Shown here in pieces: positions 13,825 to 26,267 of a stretch of DNA of 64,000 nucleotides; positions within the stretch are counted from its first letter, which is position 1, and every line of letters starts with the position of its first letter. The stretch is from assembly GCF_009914755.1 (NCBI RefSeq), contig NC_060927.1. The stretch is one strand, 5' to 3'. The position numbers and the translations under genes are program-made. Source of the stretch: the human T2T-CHM13v2.0 reference genome, Homo sapiens. The notes beneath the pieces are model-generated. The model was not told where the DNA came from. It did no database searches and was given only the letters and a program-made list of their open reading frames with translations.

Positions 13825-14318
13825 CATTTATTCATTTATCCATTTGACACATTTTTATGGAACACCTACAATTTGGTAGGCAATGTCTATATGCAATGAT
13901 GTATAAAACATACTTTTCCTTTAGGAATTTTTCCTTTAGGAAAAATTCTTTCCTAAAGGAGTGAATAGTAAGTTCAGTGAAGGTCATAGAAAAGTAAAAA
14001 TATATTACAGTATTTCTGACAAGAGCCATTATTAGAAGAAAGCCCAAAGGAGTATGGGAGGCCAGCCAGGTAAGGGGTGCTTACCCTAGGATGGAGCAAG
14101 TGGTGTAGGAAAGGCTTCCTATGGAAGCAACCCTTAAACTGAGACTTGGAGGAGGTTATGGAGGGCAGGGCGGGCAGAGGCCTGGCACACTGGCAGGAAC
14201 ACAAATGTTTTAATAAGGCTGGAGTACTGGGTGTGAGGCAGGGAGCTGTAAAGCTAGAGAGGTAAAAGCTGGGACCAGGTCACCTGAGGCATGCTACGGA
14301 GTTTGTGAGATTTTATTT
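13825..14318 (-). mobile_element. L2 LINE remnant
   Basis: catttattcatttatccatttgacacatttttatggaacacctac (L2 3' end, reverse), then ggaaaggcttcctatggaag...ggagtttgtgagattttatt. Confidence 0.65.
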
Positions 14319-14369
14319 TATATATGTATGTGTGTGTGTGTGTATATATATGTGTGTGTGTATATATAT

Positions 14370-14438
<69 letters not shown>

Positions 14439-14629
14439 CACCCCTTACCTGGCTGGCCTCCCATACTCCTTTGGGCTTTCCTCTAATAATGGCTCTTGTC
14501 AGAAATACTGTAATATATTTTCACTTTTCTATGACCCTCACTGAACTTACTATTCACTATTCACTCCTCTAGGAAAAGAATTGTATGTTTTATACATCAT
14601 TGCATATAGACATTGCGTACCAAATTGTA
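13867..14629. repeat. Local inverted duplication, arms 13867-14079 and 14439-14629
   Basis: Manual alignment: 183 aligned bp with 5 substitutions, plus a 30-bp insertion in arm 1 and 7-bp and 1-bp insertions in arm 2. Confidence 0.97.
14319..14438. repeat. Compound (TA)n/(TG)n/(CA)n microsatellite
   Basis: Directly visible alternating purine-pyrimidine runs; a further (CA)n(TA)n block lies at 14641-14669. Confidence 0.95.
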
Positions 14630-14669
14630 TACACGTATAATACACACACACACACACATATATATATAT

Positions 14670-14878
14670 TTTATTTTCAGACGGAGTTTTGGTCTTGTTG
14701 CACAGGCTGGAGTGCAATGGTGCTATCTCGGCTCACCTCAACCTTCGCCTCCTGGGGATCAAGTGATTCTCCTGCCTCAGCCCCCCGAGTAGCTAGGATT
14801 ACAGGCATGCGCTACCACACCCGACTAATTTTGTATTTTTAGTAGAGATGGGGTTTCTCCATGTTGGTCAGGCTGGTC
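14670..14878 (-). mobile_element. 5'-truncated AluS (Sp/Sq-like)
   Basis: agacggagttttggtcttgttgc...gtttctccatgttggtcaggctggtc covers the right arm and part of the left arm. Confidence 0.9.
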
Positions 14879-17800
14879 AGTACTTGGGAGCAGTGTGAAA
14901 CAGAAGGAAATTTGTCTGCAGGTGCTTTCTAAGGCCCCCATCCCGGGTTCCCTCACACTCTCCAGAAGCTCTCAAATTAGAAATTCTATAAGCTTGCTTC
15001 TGCTGTGGAATCAATGAATGTGCACAGCTTAAAGTACAATTTTGTGTTTTAAAGGGGGATAATCTCTTAACACAGAAGAAGGAAGCGATAGCCCTGCAAT
15101 GGTAAGGGGATCTTGGAGATACATTTAGATGAACTAAGTTTACAGTTAAGGAGACAGAGGCCCAGAAACACTGTGGAATGTTCTCCGAGTTCACCCATGG
15201 TATTTCAGACCCCTGCCATGAGAGAGGTAGTGGGTGGCGGGGCTCCCTTCAGAGGCTGCTGTATTAGGCCCAGTAGGCTGCCAACTACTGAGAACAGTCA
15301 CCCTTTCCTTACGGAACACCTTGACCAGAAGTTCCACGTGGCATGGCATGGCACACAAAATGAGTGCTCATTAGGCATCTACTAGAAGAAGGGAAAATCC
15401 TGCTATTTCTCATGCAATTTGAGAATGTGAAAGTGAACCCGGGTACTCCCCAAATGTAGGCACCAGGAAGCAGAATATGGTGCATGAGTGTATTTTCAAA
15501 AGAAAAAGCTGGCAAATGACAAAATCCAAGAAAATTGGCACAGCTGCTTGCCATTTGAAGAATCAAAAACTGAAAATATTTCAAATAATAGGAGAAAATC
15601 TAGAGGAATTGTGACTTAGGACCAATTTGGATAGGATTTCTAAGCAGACAATGATCATTTTAAAGATGTGTGGATGCTCATTTTCAAAACCTACACTGAC
15701 TTCTTTTTAGAAGAGCCACAGGCTAGAAGAGCCTTCTCAGTGGAACTGGATTCTTTTGTCTTTAATGACACAACAGGTAGTTACATGAACTGAGTGGTCT
15801 CAGACCTGCATTAATTTGGGCAGACAGAGATTTCAAAACTGGTGAAAAACAAAACTGGAAGAAAGCCACTCTTAAAGTGTTTAATTTCTTTGCATTTGCA
15901 ATTCAAGCAGATGCTACCAACAAAATACATATGCAAGAATGGTTAAAGGTTGCAAGGGAATGGTAATTAAAATTATCTTTGTAAGGTGATTCATTTTGTG
16001 AAAGCTACCAGGGATGTGATAAGCCAATATTAATGTAATTAATCAAGGTTACTGGGGAAACAGAGGGAAAGTGGAATCTTAAAAAGAGACTGGACAGTGG
16101 TTGAGTCCTAAGGAGGGTTGATCTGAGTCACTAGTGATTGCTTTAAATAAGCATTATTTTTTTTTCCTTTTTAAAATCATGAGAAGGGAAAGAATTATCA
16201 AATAAGAATCTGCAGTTGGCTGTTCAGTTATCCCATGGCTCCTGGGGTCCCCAGACATAGCCGGCCAGGCTGTCATGGCACCTCCAATTCAGATACATGA
16301 CATGGCCCAGCATACTTCCAAATGCAATCTAGAATCAAAAGGTGGCAGATGTAAATGCGGCACGGGCCCAGGAAGCTGTCAGGGTTGAGAGAGGAAAAAA
16401 AGGAGGGAAAGAAGAAAAGATGGGGGGAAGATAGGAGGAAAGAGAAGAGAAAAAGGAAGAAAATAGCAGGAAAGGAAAAGTTTCTCTTCCACAGTTGAGA
16501 TCATTGTTGACAAAGGACTGTGGACTTGAGTTTTAGAAAATGAAACAAAAGTATTGTAAGCTGCTAACATTTCCAGGAATTAAATTGTCATTCACCACCC
16601 TTCCCAGGAGGTAACTGCTAAGGAGATAAAGGATTCCAATATTATTTTAAATAAAAAAAGCCTACATTAGGGTCTAATACATAAGAGTGGGAAAACAAAG
16701 CAAACACCTTCTGGAGGAATCTTTCCCTCTCAGTTTCCTTTCATCTTTTCTCAAAGTAGAGAGGAATGACTCTTCCTTAGGTTGCCCCCAACCCAGGCTG
16801 TCACCTGGGCACACAGAGAATGACTGGGCTCCTCTTTATGCATTTGAAACGCCTACTTAGGGTCTTCAGACCTCATTATGTCACTCTGCTCCACTGCACG
16901 TCTGTGAGATTTGCCAAGTTATCTCATTCAACAGAGTTGTGAAATCTGCATGCTTCCATGGGAAAACCTGAGCCTTTGCAGGAATAGAGTACATTTTATA
17001 CAAAAGGAACCAAGCAGAAATTTGGTAAAACAATCTGAAAAAATTATAGAGTGCCTTGAAAACACTTCCTTCCTCTGGCCTTTCTTGAGAAACCAGAAGT
17101 CAGTGTCTTCCAAGTTTAAAAAATCAGTCCAGCTTAAGTTAAACCGGCTTCCTTCTGTTCTCCAAAGCAGATGATTATCATATTTGACTATTTTCACTCA
17201 GAGTCTGTTCAGAACAGCCTGGCCAGTGTAAAATCCAAAAACATTTCACTCTCAGATTGCCATGTAAAATGCCTCTCTTATAATGAGAAGCCTAGACAAG
17301 GCAAATGGCATTTTCAGCATTATAAATTTTTTCCTCTTGATAAGAAACTGGCACAGATAAATCCATGTTCTATTTCTTAGGATGCATTTAACTTTTTTAA
17401 AGGATTCATTTAAAAATTATTATTCAGAATGTAAATTACAGGAGAGTTTTTGATCTAACCATCTTAGGGTTATAGTAGTATTCACTCAATCTGAGTCACG
17501 GTAGAAGAACTGGTAAGTACAGAATTGACATCTTGCTAAGAAGAGCCAAGAGGTTCTCAGAAATCCAGCCAAAGCTGCTGGTGTAAGGGCTGCTCTCTTT
17601 ACCTGGCTTTGTTCAATACAGTACCAAAGAATTCCTGCCTCAGCAGGTTCTGAGAGAAAGTAAAGGGCCAGTCTCTTCCAAAATGAAACAAGATACAGCA
17701 AAGGGAATATACTTAATTCAGAAAAGCAGCTTGGCAAGACTGAAAGGAGCCTGAAGTCAAAACTCAGAGACTCCCAGGTCTGATTTATCCTTCTCTCCAT

Positions 17801-18129
17801 TGGCTACATGTTCATAAGCTGAATGTTCCAGTCATGGGAAATGGACGTGAGTTCAAAAATGTGCTAGTGTGACTGTAAAATGCTTTGTCCTCATCTTTCT
17901 GATTCCAGAGACTAAATACTTATATGGAAATCAGCCTATTAATAACATCTTATCGTAAGGATAAATTACAGTGCCATCCATGAGCAAAGGACTGGCAATT
18001 ATCTAGTGACTACAGCCTTTTAGATAGGGCAGGAGAAATAAAGGCAACTTTTTACCTAACTGATATGTGAAAGGAAACAGAGCAAAGTTCTCCACGTTCT
18101 CCATGTGTCAGCTTCCTCATCTGTGAAAC

Positions 18130-18245
18130 TCGTTCATTTATTGAACAGGTTTACTGAGCTCCCACCATTTATGCCAGGGTCTGTACTAGGACCTACGGAT
18201 TCAACAATATTCAAGAAAGACCTCATATCCACTCCCTGCCAATTG
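18130..18245 (-). mobile_element. L2 3' end remnant
   Basis: ttcatttattgaacaggtttactgagctcccaccatttatgccagggtctgtactagg. Confidence 0.65.
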
Positions 18246-18451
18246 CAAGCCTTGCTGATGGCCCCAGAGCCTCAGCCACCCTTTCATTCTTCATCAGAAG
18301 AAATTCAGCATGACCCTTCCATTGCACCACATCAAGACTACACTCTGAGGAGTCCTTCTGGAAAACCGTCTCAAAACTTGAGCCTGATTGGGAGTTGATT
18401 TGCTCCTCATTTAAAATACAACCCCTCCTCATAGAATATTATGCTTCCCAG

Positions 18452-18905
18452 TGATACAGTCTCTCATTGACCAAACTTTTAGTCAGGCTCTTCTAAATCC
18501 TCTTCCCAACCAGGCCTCGACTTTTGGACTTCCGTGTGTGTCTTTATGTTGCCTAATTTTAGCAAGAGTCCTGACAAGTTGGTTTAGGCAGAATCCCTCA
18601 CCTTTGCTATGTGATCATCTTCCTCAGCCCCCATCATCCCCCACGTAATATCTGATCATCCTAGCCTGCCTTCAGCCAGAATCCTGTGAGGCCAGTAAAC
18701 AAGAATTATCCCTACTCCCTTAGTAATTTTCTATCCATTGACCTCCCTACTCTGCTACTTGGCTTTAAATCTCCACCCTGCCACTTGGTGTATTCAGAAT
18801 TGAACCCTGTTCTATACTAAGGTCTCTTTCCCTATATTGCAAAGGTCCTGAGTAAAATCTCTTTGTACTGCTTTAACTGATGTCCAGCTCTGGTTTTCTT
18901 TGATA
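18452..18905 (+). mobile_element. Solo ERV1 LTR, MER31-like
   Basis: Starts tgatacagtctctcattgaccaaacttttagtcaggctc (MER31 5' end); 4-bp TSD ccag at 18448-18451 and 18906-18909. Confidence 0.85.
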
Positions 18906-21004
18906 CCAGTCATCCAAACCTGAGCATGAATTACTTCAATCACCCCATGAAATCTAACCTCAAGCAGAGACTAGCTGTAGGAATGGAGTTTTCTTTTGGG
19001 AGAAAGACAGAGGGAAAGGTAATCAAAGAAAGAAGGGCTGGGTGGTGTGCTGCAAGGGAAGGCATTGGACAGGCCAGAGGTCCAGGCTCCAGGAAGTAGG
19101 AAAGAGAATTGGAAGAGGGACAAAATAGACAATGCCAGTGAAGTTACAGTTGGCAGCTCTGGGAAGTACTTCCATAGCCAAAACAACGGCTGCTACATGG
19201 AGTGATGCAAATTCAAAGGCATGGCTCTGTCACAAGAATTTATACTTTCCAGAAGTATATTCACCCACAAGTAGAAAACTTATTTTACCTTCTTTTGCAG
19301 AGTAATTCAATTCTCACTTGATATAGCCCACTCAAGTTACCAAAGTTTTCCTATTGACATCTCAATACAAAAATATTCAGGATTATTCAAAGCTCATTTG
19401 AAAAACCTCAAAAATTTGTAATTAAAAGTACAAAATGGCAGCATGTTGGCTACTTGAAAAAAATCAAACTATAATTTTTCTTACAATGAAAGGGAGTAAT
19501 ACTGTCTGTAATTTATTTAGAGAGTAGCTAGTATAATGCAGGCATGCATATTAAACACTCTCTCTTTCATTTCATCTGACTAAATGAATAAATACATTAT
19601 ACCATCCAGACACACAGTTGAAACATTTCCCCGAGTATTCTTTAAACACAATGTGCAAGATTGCAATGGCATCATGACTGACAAAAATGACAAAGACGCT
19701 GTTAATCAAGTAAATACAAAGCAGCAGCATGAATTATTTATGCCAATAATATTTGTAACCATACAAATTATATATTGATGTTATACTGGAGTGTTTAGTA
19801 TTTCAGCCAACATACATCACACAATGTTCCCCCAACCTCGATGTTTCATTTCCTTGGATAGCTTTAATTCAGTGGTGGCACTCAAAACAGAACCACAGAC
19901 ACAATATCAGCTTTTTGTTGCTGTTGTCTCAAAATATGATTTCTTTCTTATTATGAAATAGTTATCCCAAAAAGCACAGCTGGGGCTGGTGTTACTTCAG
20001 AGCTTCCTACATGAAAGACCACTGAAACAGCCTATGCTGGAGAGATTATAGTTTCACTTTGCTTCATGTTTAGAGGGAAGGTGATATGTGACAATCACTG
20101 CTGAAATGGTCTTTACTGACTCTTGCATCAAGGTCAGAATAAAAACATTTTAGGGGAGGGACTACTAAGGCAATTCTTCTAAGGCAAGAACCTCAAATAT
20201 TTTCCTTCATTAACCTAAAATAAGTTTCAGAGAAGTTTAAGTACACTGAATAACTAGGAAGCTTTTTACTTCTTCATCTATGAGATCAGTCATACTTACC
20301 TATGATTCCTCCATCTCAATAGAAAATAAACTCACACACCCACACACATATTCACACATGCATATACACCCACATTTACACACTTACTTTGAGCAGTTCA
20401 ATTTCTGCTTGGAAACTGTGAAGATAATTATTTATCCTTAGTTAACCCCATCTTTCTAAGTTTAGAAGGAGCTACTCAGATACTGCCACAGTTGGGTAGG
20501 TCACTCACTAAATTTTAAGTTCCTTAAGGGCTGGGGGCAACTGGGTCATGAGAATACCCCCGTAGTATCAATATTTACAATACTGTTTGGTTACTAAGTT
20601 GGAGTGGATTCTTAATGAGCAATTGGACCACTTAGGAAAAGGCTAGAAGACAGTACTACATCTTCCTCACTGACAGCTACTTCCCTGTTCATACAGAGAT
20701 GGAATGTATGTGGAGCACCACTATAGAGCGACTGTTAACATGGAGAGGAAAGAGGCCAGAGAGAAAATGCCTGGTGACTTCTCCAAAAATACCCACATCG
20801 TTAGTGAGGCATTCCCACCTAAATATCACACCAGCAATTGAAATCAGACCCAAAGTAAAATTCGTCTCTAATCGCCAACTATCTTTCTCAAATTCTCCTT
20901 ATGCCTTTACATGTGTTAATTTCATTTCCTGAAATACCCATCCCCATCTTTTCTCACTCCTCTCTCACCCCTGCCTACTGCCCCAGCTGTTTCCTGACAG
21001 GTAT

Positions 21005-21235
21005 AGTTGTTAGCCACAAAAAATAGGGGTTGAATCCTACCTCTATACCACTGTCTAGTTGGATGATTTTGGGAAAGTTACTTCACACTCAGTGCCTCAG
21101 TTTTTTAATCTACATAATGGGGATAATAAAGGTTCCTGCTTCATAGAGGTTAAATGAGTTAACAGATGTAAAGTGATTACAACAGAGTCTGGCACATAAC
21201 AAGTGGATTTTAAATGATAGTCATTATTGTTCCTG
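21005..21235 (+). mobile_element. MIR SINE
   Basis: gtgcctcagttttttaatctacataatggggataataa...ttaaatgagttaacagatgtaaagtg...ggcacataac. Confidence 0.85.
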
Positions 21236-21699
21236 TTATTTCATTTCACAATGGTACTTTGCAAGTGCATTTAATACAACACTCATTTGTTTACCTTTCT
21301 GGCTCTACTGCTAAGCTGAATTCAGGGATATTTCTCACTCACTCTGCATCCTCTGAGTACACTGCCTGATACATGGTAGAGACTCACTACATCTGAGAGG
21401 GAGAGATTGGGTTCTGGCTTACCCTAAGGACAAGCTTATTCTTACTGTGCCAGGGTTTGAAACCTCAGTCTTCAAGTTCTGCAACAATTCTTTTCTAATT
21501 GCGCACGTTTCCTACCTGTGTTGCCAACTCTAATAGTTCTAGCATTTACTTGCACTTCTGCATTATTCTTAGAATTTTCTAAGAGCCAGATACTTTTTAA
21601 AAAGAAAATAGTAATTATTGGCTTCACTCCAAGATCATAAACATCAAGTTCAAGCTCCCCTGCCTGGTACCGAGACTCATTTACAAGAAGATCCAGACA

Positions 21700-22070
21700 A
21701 CTTTCAAACATCATTTCCATGACCTATCCAATACACACCCTCTAACTCACCTTGTGTGTCCTGTCTCCAAGCCTATGCTAAAGATGGGCCTTCACCCTGG
21801 AAACACTTATGTCCATCTGTTCAAATCTTACTTGTTCTTCAAGATTAAAACCAAATGCCATTTCCTCCATAAAAACACTTCTCAAAATTAATCTCTACCT
21901 CTCATGTGTTCCCAGAGCACTTTTTATGGGAAAGCTATTTTATTAAAATATTTATGACTGTTTTGACTTTTGTTATTTATATGTATTAAGTTCTTAAAGG
22001 AAAGGGACCATGTCTTAATCATGTCTAAATCCAGAAATGTGCCTAGAACAGTGTGCTACAACCTATTATA
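21700..22070 (+). mobile_element. L2 LINE remnant
   Basis: caaatcttacttgttcttcaagattaaaaccaaatgccatttcctccat...aagttcttaaaggaaagggaccatgtctt...gcctagaacagtg. Confidence 0.65.
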
Positions 22071-22788
22071 TATAACTTTCAAACCCGAATTTAAAAGAAA
22101 AAATTAATTGACATGTAAGATGCTAGGACTCACATCTGTTTACAAAAAAAATTAGATTTAAATAACTAAGTTCCAATTATGTTTAATTCTCAGAATTACC
22201 TTTGAGCATTAGATTCTTGCCTGAACCCCTTAAAGAATTAAAGTCTGCTTTATGTGCTTTCCTTGACACAACAGGCACCCAAAACATTTGTTAAACTTAA
22301 TTGTTGAATTGTTTCTTTCTGGGAAGTTCAGGAAACTGGGTCCATAGAAGGAGTCCATATGATTATAGCCACCACCCGGAGATGGTAAAGGCACTACGTG
22401 ATGACAGCGAGAGAAAAGAATAGACAAACTAGCTTCCTCTGCTGGTTCCTGGCCACCATGCAAACACATGCATCACTTACAGACTGTCTTTGACTTTCCC
22501 CCATCCCACCCGACTGGAGCCATGACTGGTGTTGGGACTAACAAAGTCCTCCTGTTGAGGTCTGCAGGGCAAGGTGTGGGTACCAAGGGCTTCAATGACA
22601 GAGAAGGCAATTGCAGTATCAATCTCTGGAGAATTCCAAGATCCAGAAGCCAGGCCTGAGAAAGAAATGTTCACATTTAAATTATGAGCTAGAGCTCTTC
22701 AGCCATGAATTGCTAAGGGGTCTTTCCTAAGATGGCACCGTACACATCGAGACAGTTGGGGAGCCATGAAGGAAAATCCCTGAAGTGT

Positions 22789-23950
22789 CCGTTTGGTCTT
22801 TTGATGCTGTCCCATAAATCCTATATGTTTTTCTCATTTCTTTTGTTTTTTTCTCCTCTGACTGTACATTTTTAAATAACCTGTCTTCAAATTCACAGAT
22901 TCTTTCTTCTACTTGATCAATTCTGCTGTTGATGCTTTGTCTTGCATTTTCATTTCCTTCATTGTATTTCTCAGTGCCAGAATTTGATTTTTTTTATTTC
23001 AATCTCTGTTAAATTTCTCATTCTGGTTACTTATCGTTTTTCTCATTTCACTGAGTTGTTCCTCTGTGTTTTCTTGAGGTTCTCTGAATTTCCTTAAAAC
23101 CATTATTTTGAATTGTTTGTCAGGCAGTTCATATATCTCCATTTTCTTAGTGTCAGTCACTGGCACTTTATTTTGTCCCTTGGGTGAGGTCAGGTTTCCC
23201 TGATTGTACCCTTATGGCCACGTACTGATGTTTGTGCATTTGAATAAATAGATATTCCAGTCTTCACAGATTGGCTTTGTCTGGGAACACCTTCAACAGC
23301 CCAACCAGAGATTCTGGTCAGGACATCTGATGTATGATCAGAAGCCCATGGCTGCTAGGGCCAGTGTGGCGCTCACACAAGTTAGAAGCCCAGGGGAGCA
23401 CCAGAGCAAGCTGAAAGACCCAGGCCACTGAGACCTCTGTGCTGCTGACAACTGTCTAAATTCCAGGGGTGCTAGAGTCAGCCCACTAGAGATGCGGACC
23501 AGAGATCAAGTCTGCCTCAAAAGTCTAAAGCCTGGAGCTACAGGGACCCACCTGATGCCAAGGTGAGTCTGGAGGTTCAATCTGTGGGTACCAGCCATAG
23601 TCTTGGGCCATGGAGGCCTTCCTGGTTCTGGGCTTTACTGTAGTGGGCCTGGTGTTGGGGTGCAAGGCAAAGTCTTGTGCTTACTTCCCTCTCTTTTCCC
23701 AAAGTGGACAGTATCTTTCTGCATTGTGCTGCCTGGGGCTGGGGTAGGGGTGATGCAAGTGAGTAATGTAGAACTGTCCCTCCTACCCTCTTCAATGCAT
23801 CTTTTCATATTATGCTACAACCAGGTACTATGATCTCTCACTTGGTTTCCTCAGCTCTTAAGAAGGTATTTTCACGCATGGATAGTTGTTCAAATTAATG
23901 TTTCTGTGGAGAGATGATCACTGGCGAGTCCTATTCTTCCATCTGCCCCC
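22789..23950 (-). mobile_element. Old L1M (L1MA-type) 5' UTR and ORF1 start fragment
   Basis: T-rich reverse ORF1 sequence (ctgtcttcaaattcacagattctttcttct), then a GC-richer UTR ending in cctattcttccatct, an L1M 5' terminus in reverse. Confidence 0.75.
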
Positions 23951-25942
23951 TCTCCACAGCCTATAGCTTAATAACTTTTTAACTCTGAGAGTCTCAAAAC
24001 TTGAGACTCAAAGTTTTATGTTGCTCAAAAAACCCGACCTTTTTAAAAAATAAAAATGTGAATAGAGCCTTAAGAAAGTGGTATAGAAATGGTAAGAGAT
24101 GTCATGACAACTGATAATGAACCTTGCAAACTATTTGTTCTGTTTTGGTTTTCCAGGAGGGACATTAGAGTGAGAATATCTGTGAATTAACAGCCTGATT
24201 TACTTTAAACTTTCATGAAGAAGCCTGAAACAACAATGAAGACATAAGTTTTCCTAAGAGATTAAGCACTGTCACCCCAATATCCTGATTTCTCTACCTC
24301 ATCTTACAGAATATAGACATATATCCACAAGGAGCAATATGAAATTGGAGTGAGAAAGTGAGTTAGCTTCCATTTTCAAAAATGTTTATTTCTGTGTTTA
24401 AAGTGAAACAAGAGCCCCAGGGCCCTCTATCCCAGAGGAAGACCAACCTGTGAGCATTCTTTAGCATACAAGGAAAACGCTTAACAAAGGGAAAGGCACA
24501 CAAGAAACATGAACATCCTCATTCCAATTTTCTGTAATTCTCAAGAATTAATCTGAGATGTCTGGATTTTTCAGGGCTGAAAAGCAAGGAACATCACATG
24601 AAGCTACTCCAACTTATCAAAATACAATTTATTGTCAGAGTTATAGATAAACTGAGCCACTCTCTCTCAGGTTGCTTATAGAGACCGAGCCCAGGAAGGA
24701 CTGGAAACCACTTCAGAAGCAACTCATAGCTACTGGCTGCATAATGAATGAGAAGATATCTTCTACAGCCCCTTGAGTCTCAGCCAAGCATCACACAAGC
24801 CAGGAGGGGGAAGTTAAGAAAAGTAAAGTAATATAAAAATGTTATAATATAAGATAGAAATATGGTCCTAGCAGCCTGAGTTTCAAGTAATTCTCAGATA
24901 GATGAAGGTTAAATTGGCAGGCCAACATATATGCAGCTATAAAATGGACAGCAGAATAAAATATTGTCTAATAATTCAAAATAGAAATGTAGAAAACAAT
25001 ATTGTGACTACCAATTGACCACACAAGTTGATCTTGATCTTCTCTTCTTTAATCAACCTCACTAAATTGAGTTAAGAAATTTAAAATGGCATAATATCCT
25101 GAGGAGGTCCAAATAAGCCTCTTTCTAAAAGAGACAAAATGGAAGGGTGATAATTAATGAAACAGGGCAGAAGAATCTACAGTGTAGAAATTTATGGGCA
25201 GGACCCAATTAATCTTGCAAAACTGGGCAAAACTTGAGATTCTTCGAAGGCCAGAGAATGAGCATGAGCTGTGAGGCAGGAAAAACAAATTATCTGAAAT
25301 CATGTATGTGAGGCAACCAATCATTAACCCCTACCCTATGCCCCTCTCCATTCTGCCAACTAATAATCTCTCTTTTTTCTCCTCCCTCTCCTCCTCTCCA
25401 TCAACCCAGACACCACCTACCCCCAACCACACACACACATACAAAAAGAAATTTGGAGCAATCTTTTAAAAAGAAATTGGAAGATTCAGAGAAAAAGCAC
25501 ATTCAGACACCAACTCATTCAAATATCATAAAACAAAGCCCACATAGAGAGTCACAAGGCAGCTGTTTAATGGCTTCACTCTTAATTATGAATAGCCAAT
25601 CATGGTTACCAGTTATATGAAGAAAGCCTCCAACAAGAAAGAATACAAATGAGATGAATAAATGGAGGAAATAGTTCTGAAGGAAATACACATAAGACAG
25701 GCAATAGAAAAGAATTTCAAAAATTTAAAAGAGAGCCAAGAAAATATTATAACCATAAAACAAGAAGAGAATGCTATGAAAATGGAAGAAGTAAACTAGA
25801 AAAAATCTTACTAATAGAAAATTATTTTTAAAATTAAATAGAAGGATGAATCAGAAAAGATTCTAATTTCTCACAAAATTATGACTTGATTTCAGAATTT
25901 GAAGTTATCATAAAATGTGTTTCCATATAAAAAGAGGAAAAT

Positions 25943-26267
<325 letters not shown>

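Noticed and set aside
14305-14572. ORFs with HTHT/VCVC repeats that share peptides with ORFs at 13832-14204
   Set aside because: They are by-products of the microsatellite and the inverted duplication.
10233-18905. An intact provirus bounded by two LTRs
   Set aside because: Each LTR has its own distinct TSD, and no gag/pol/env sequence is visible between them.
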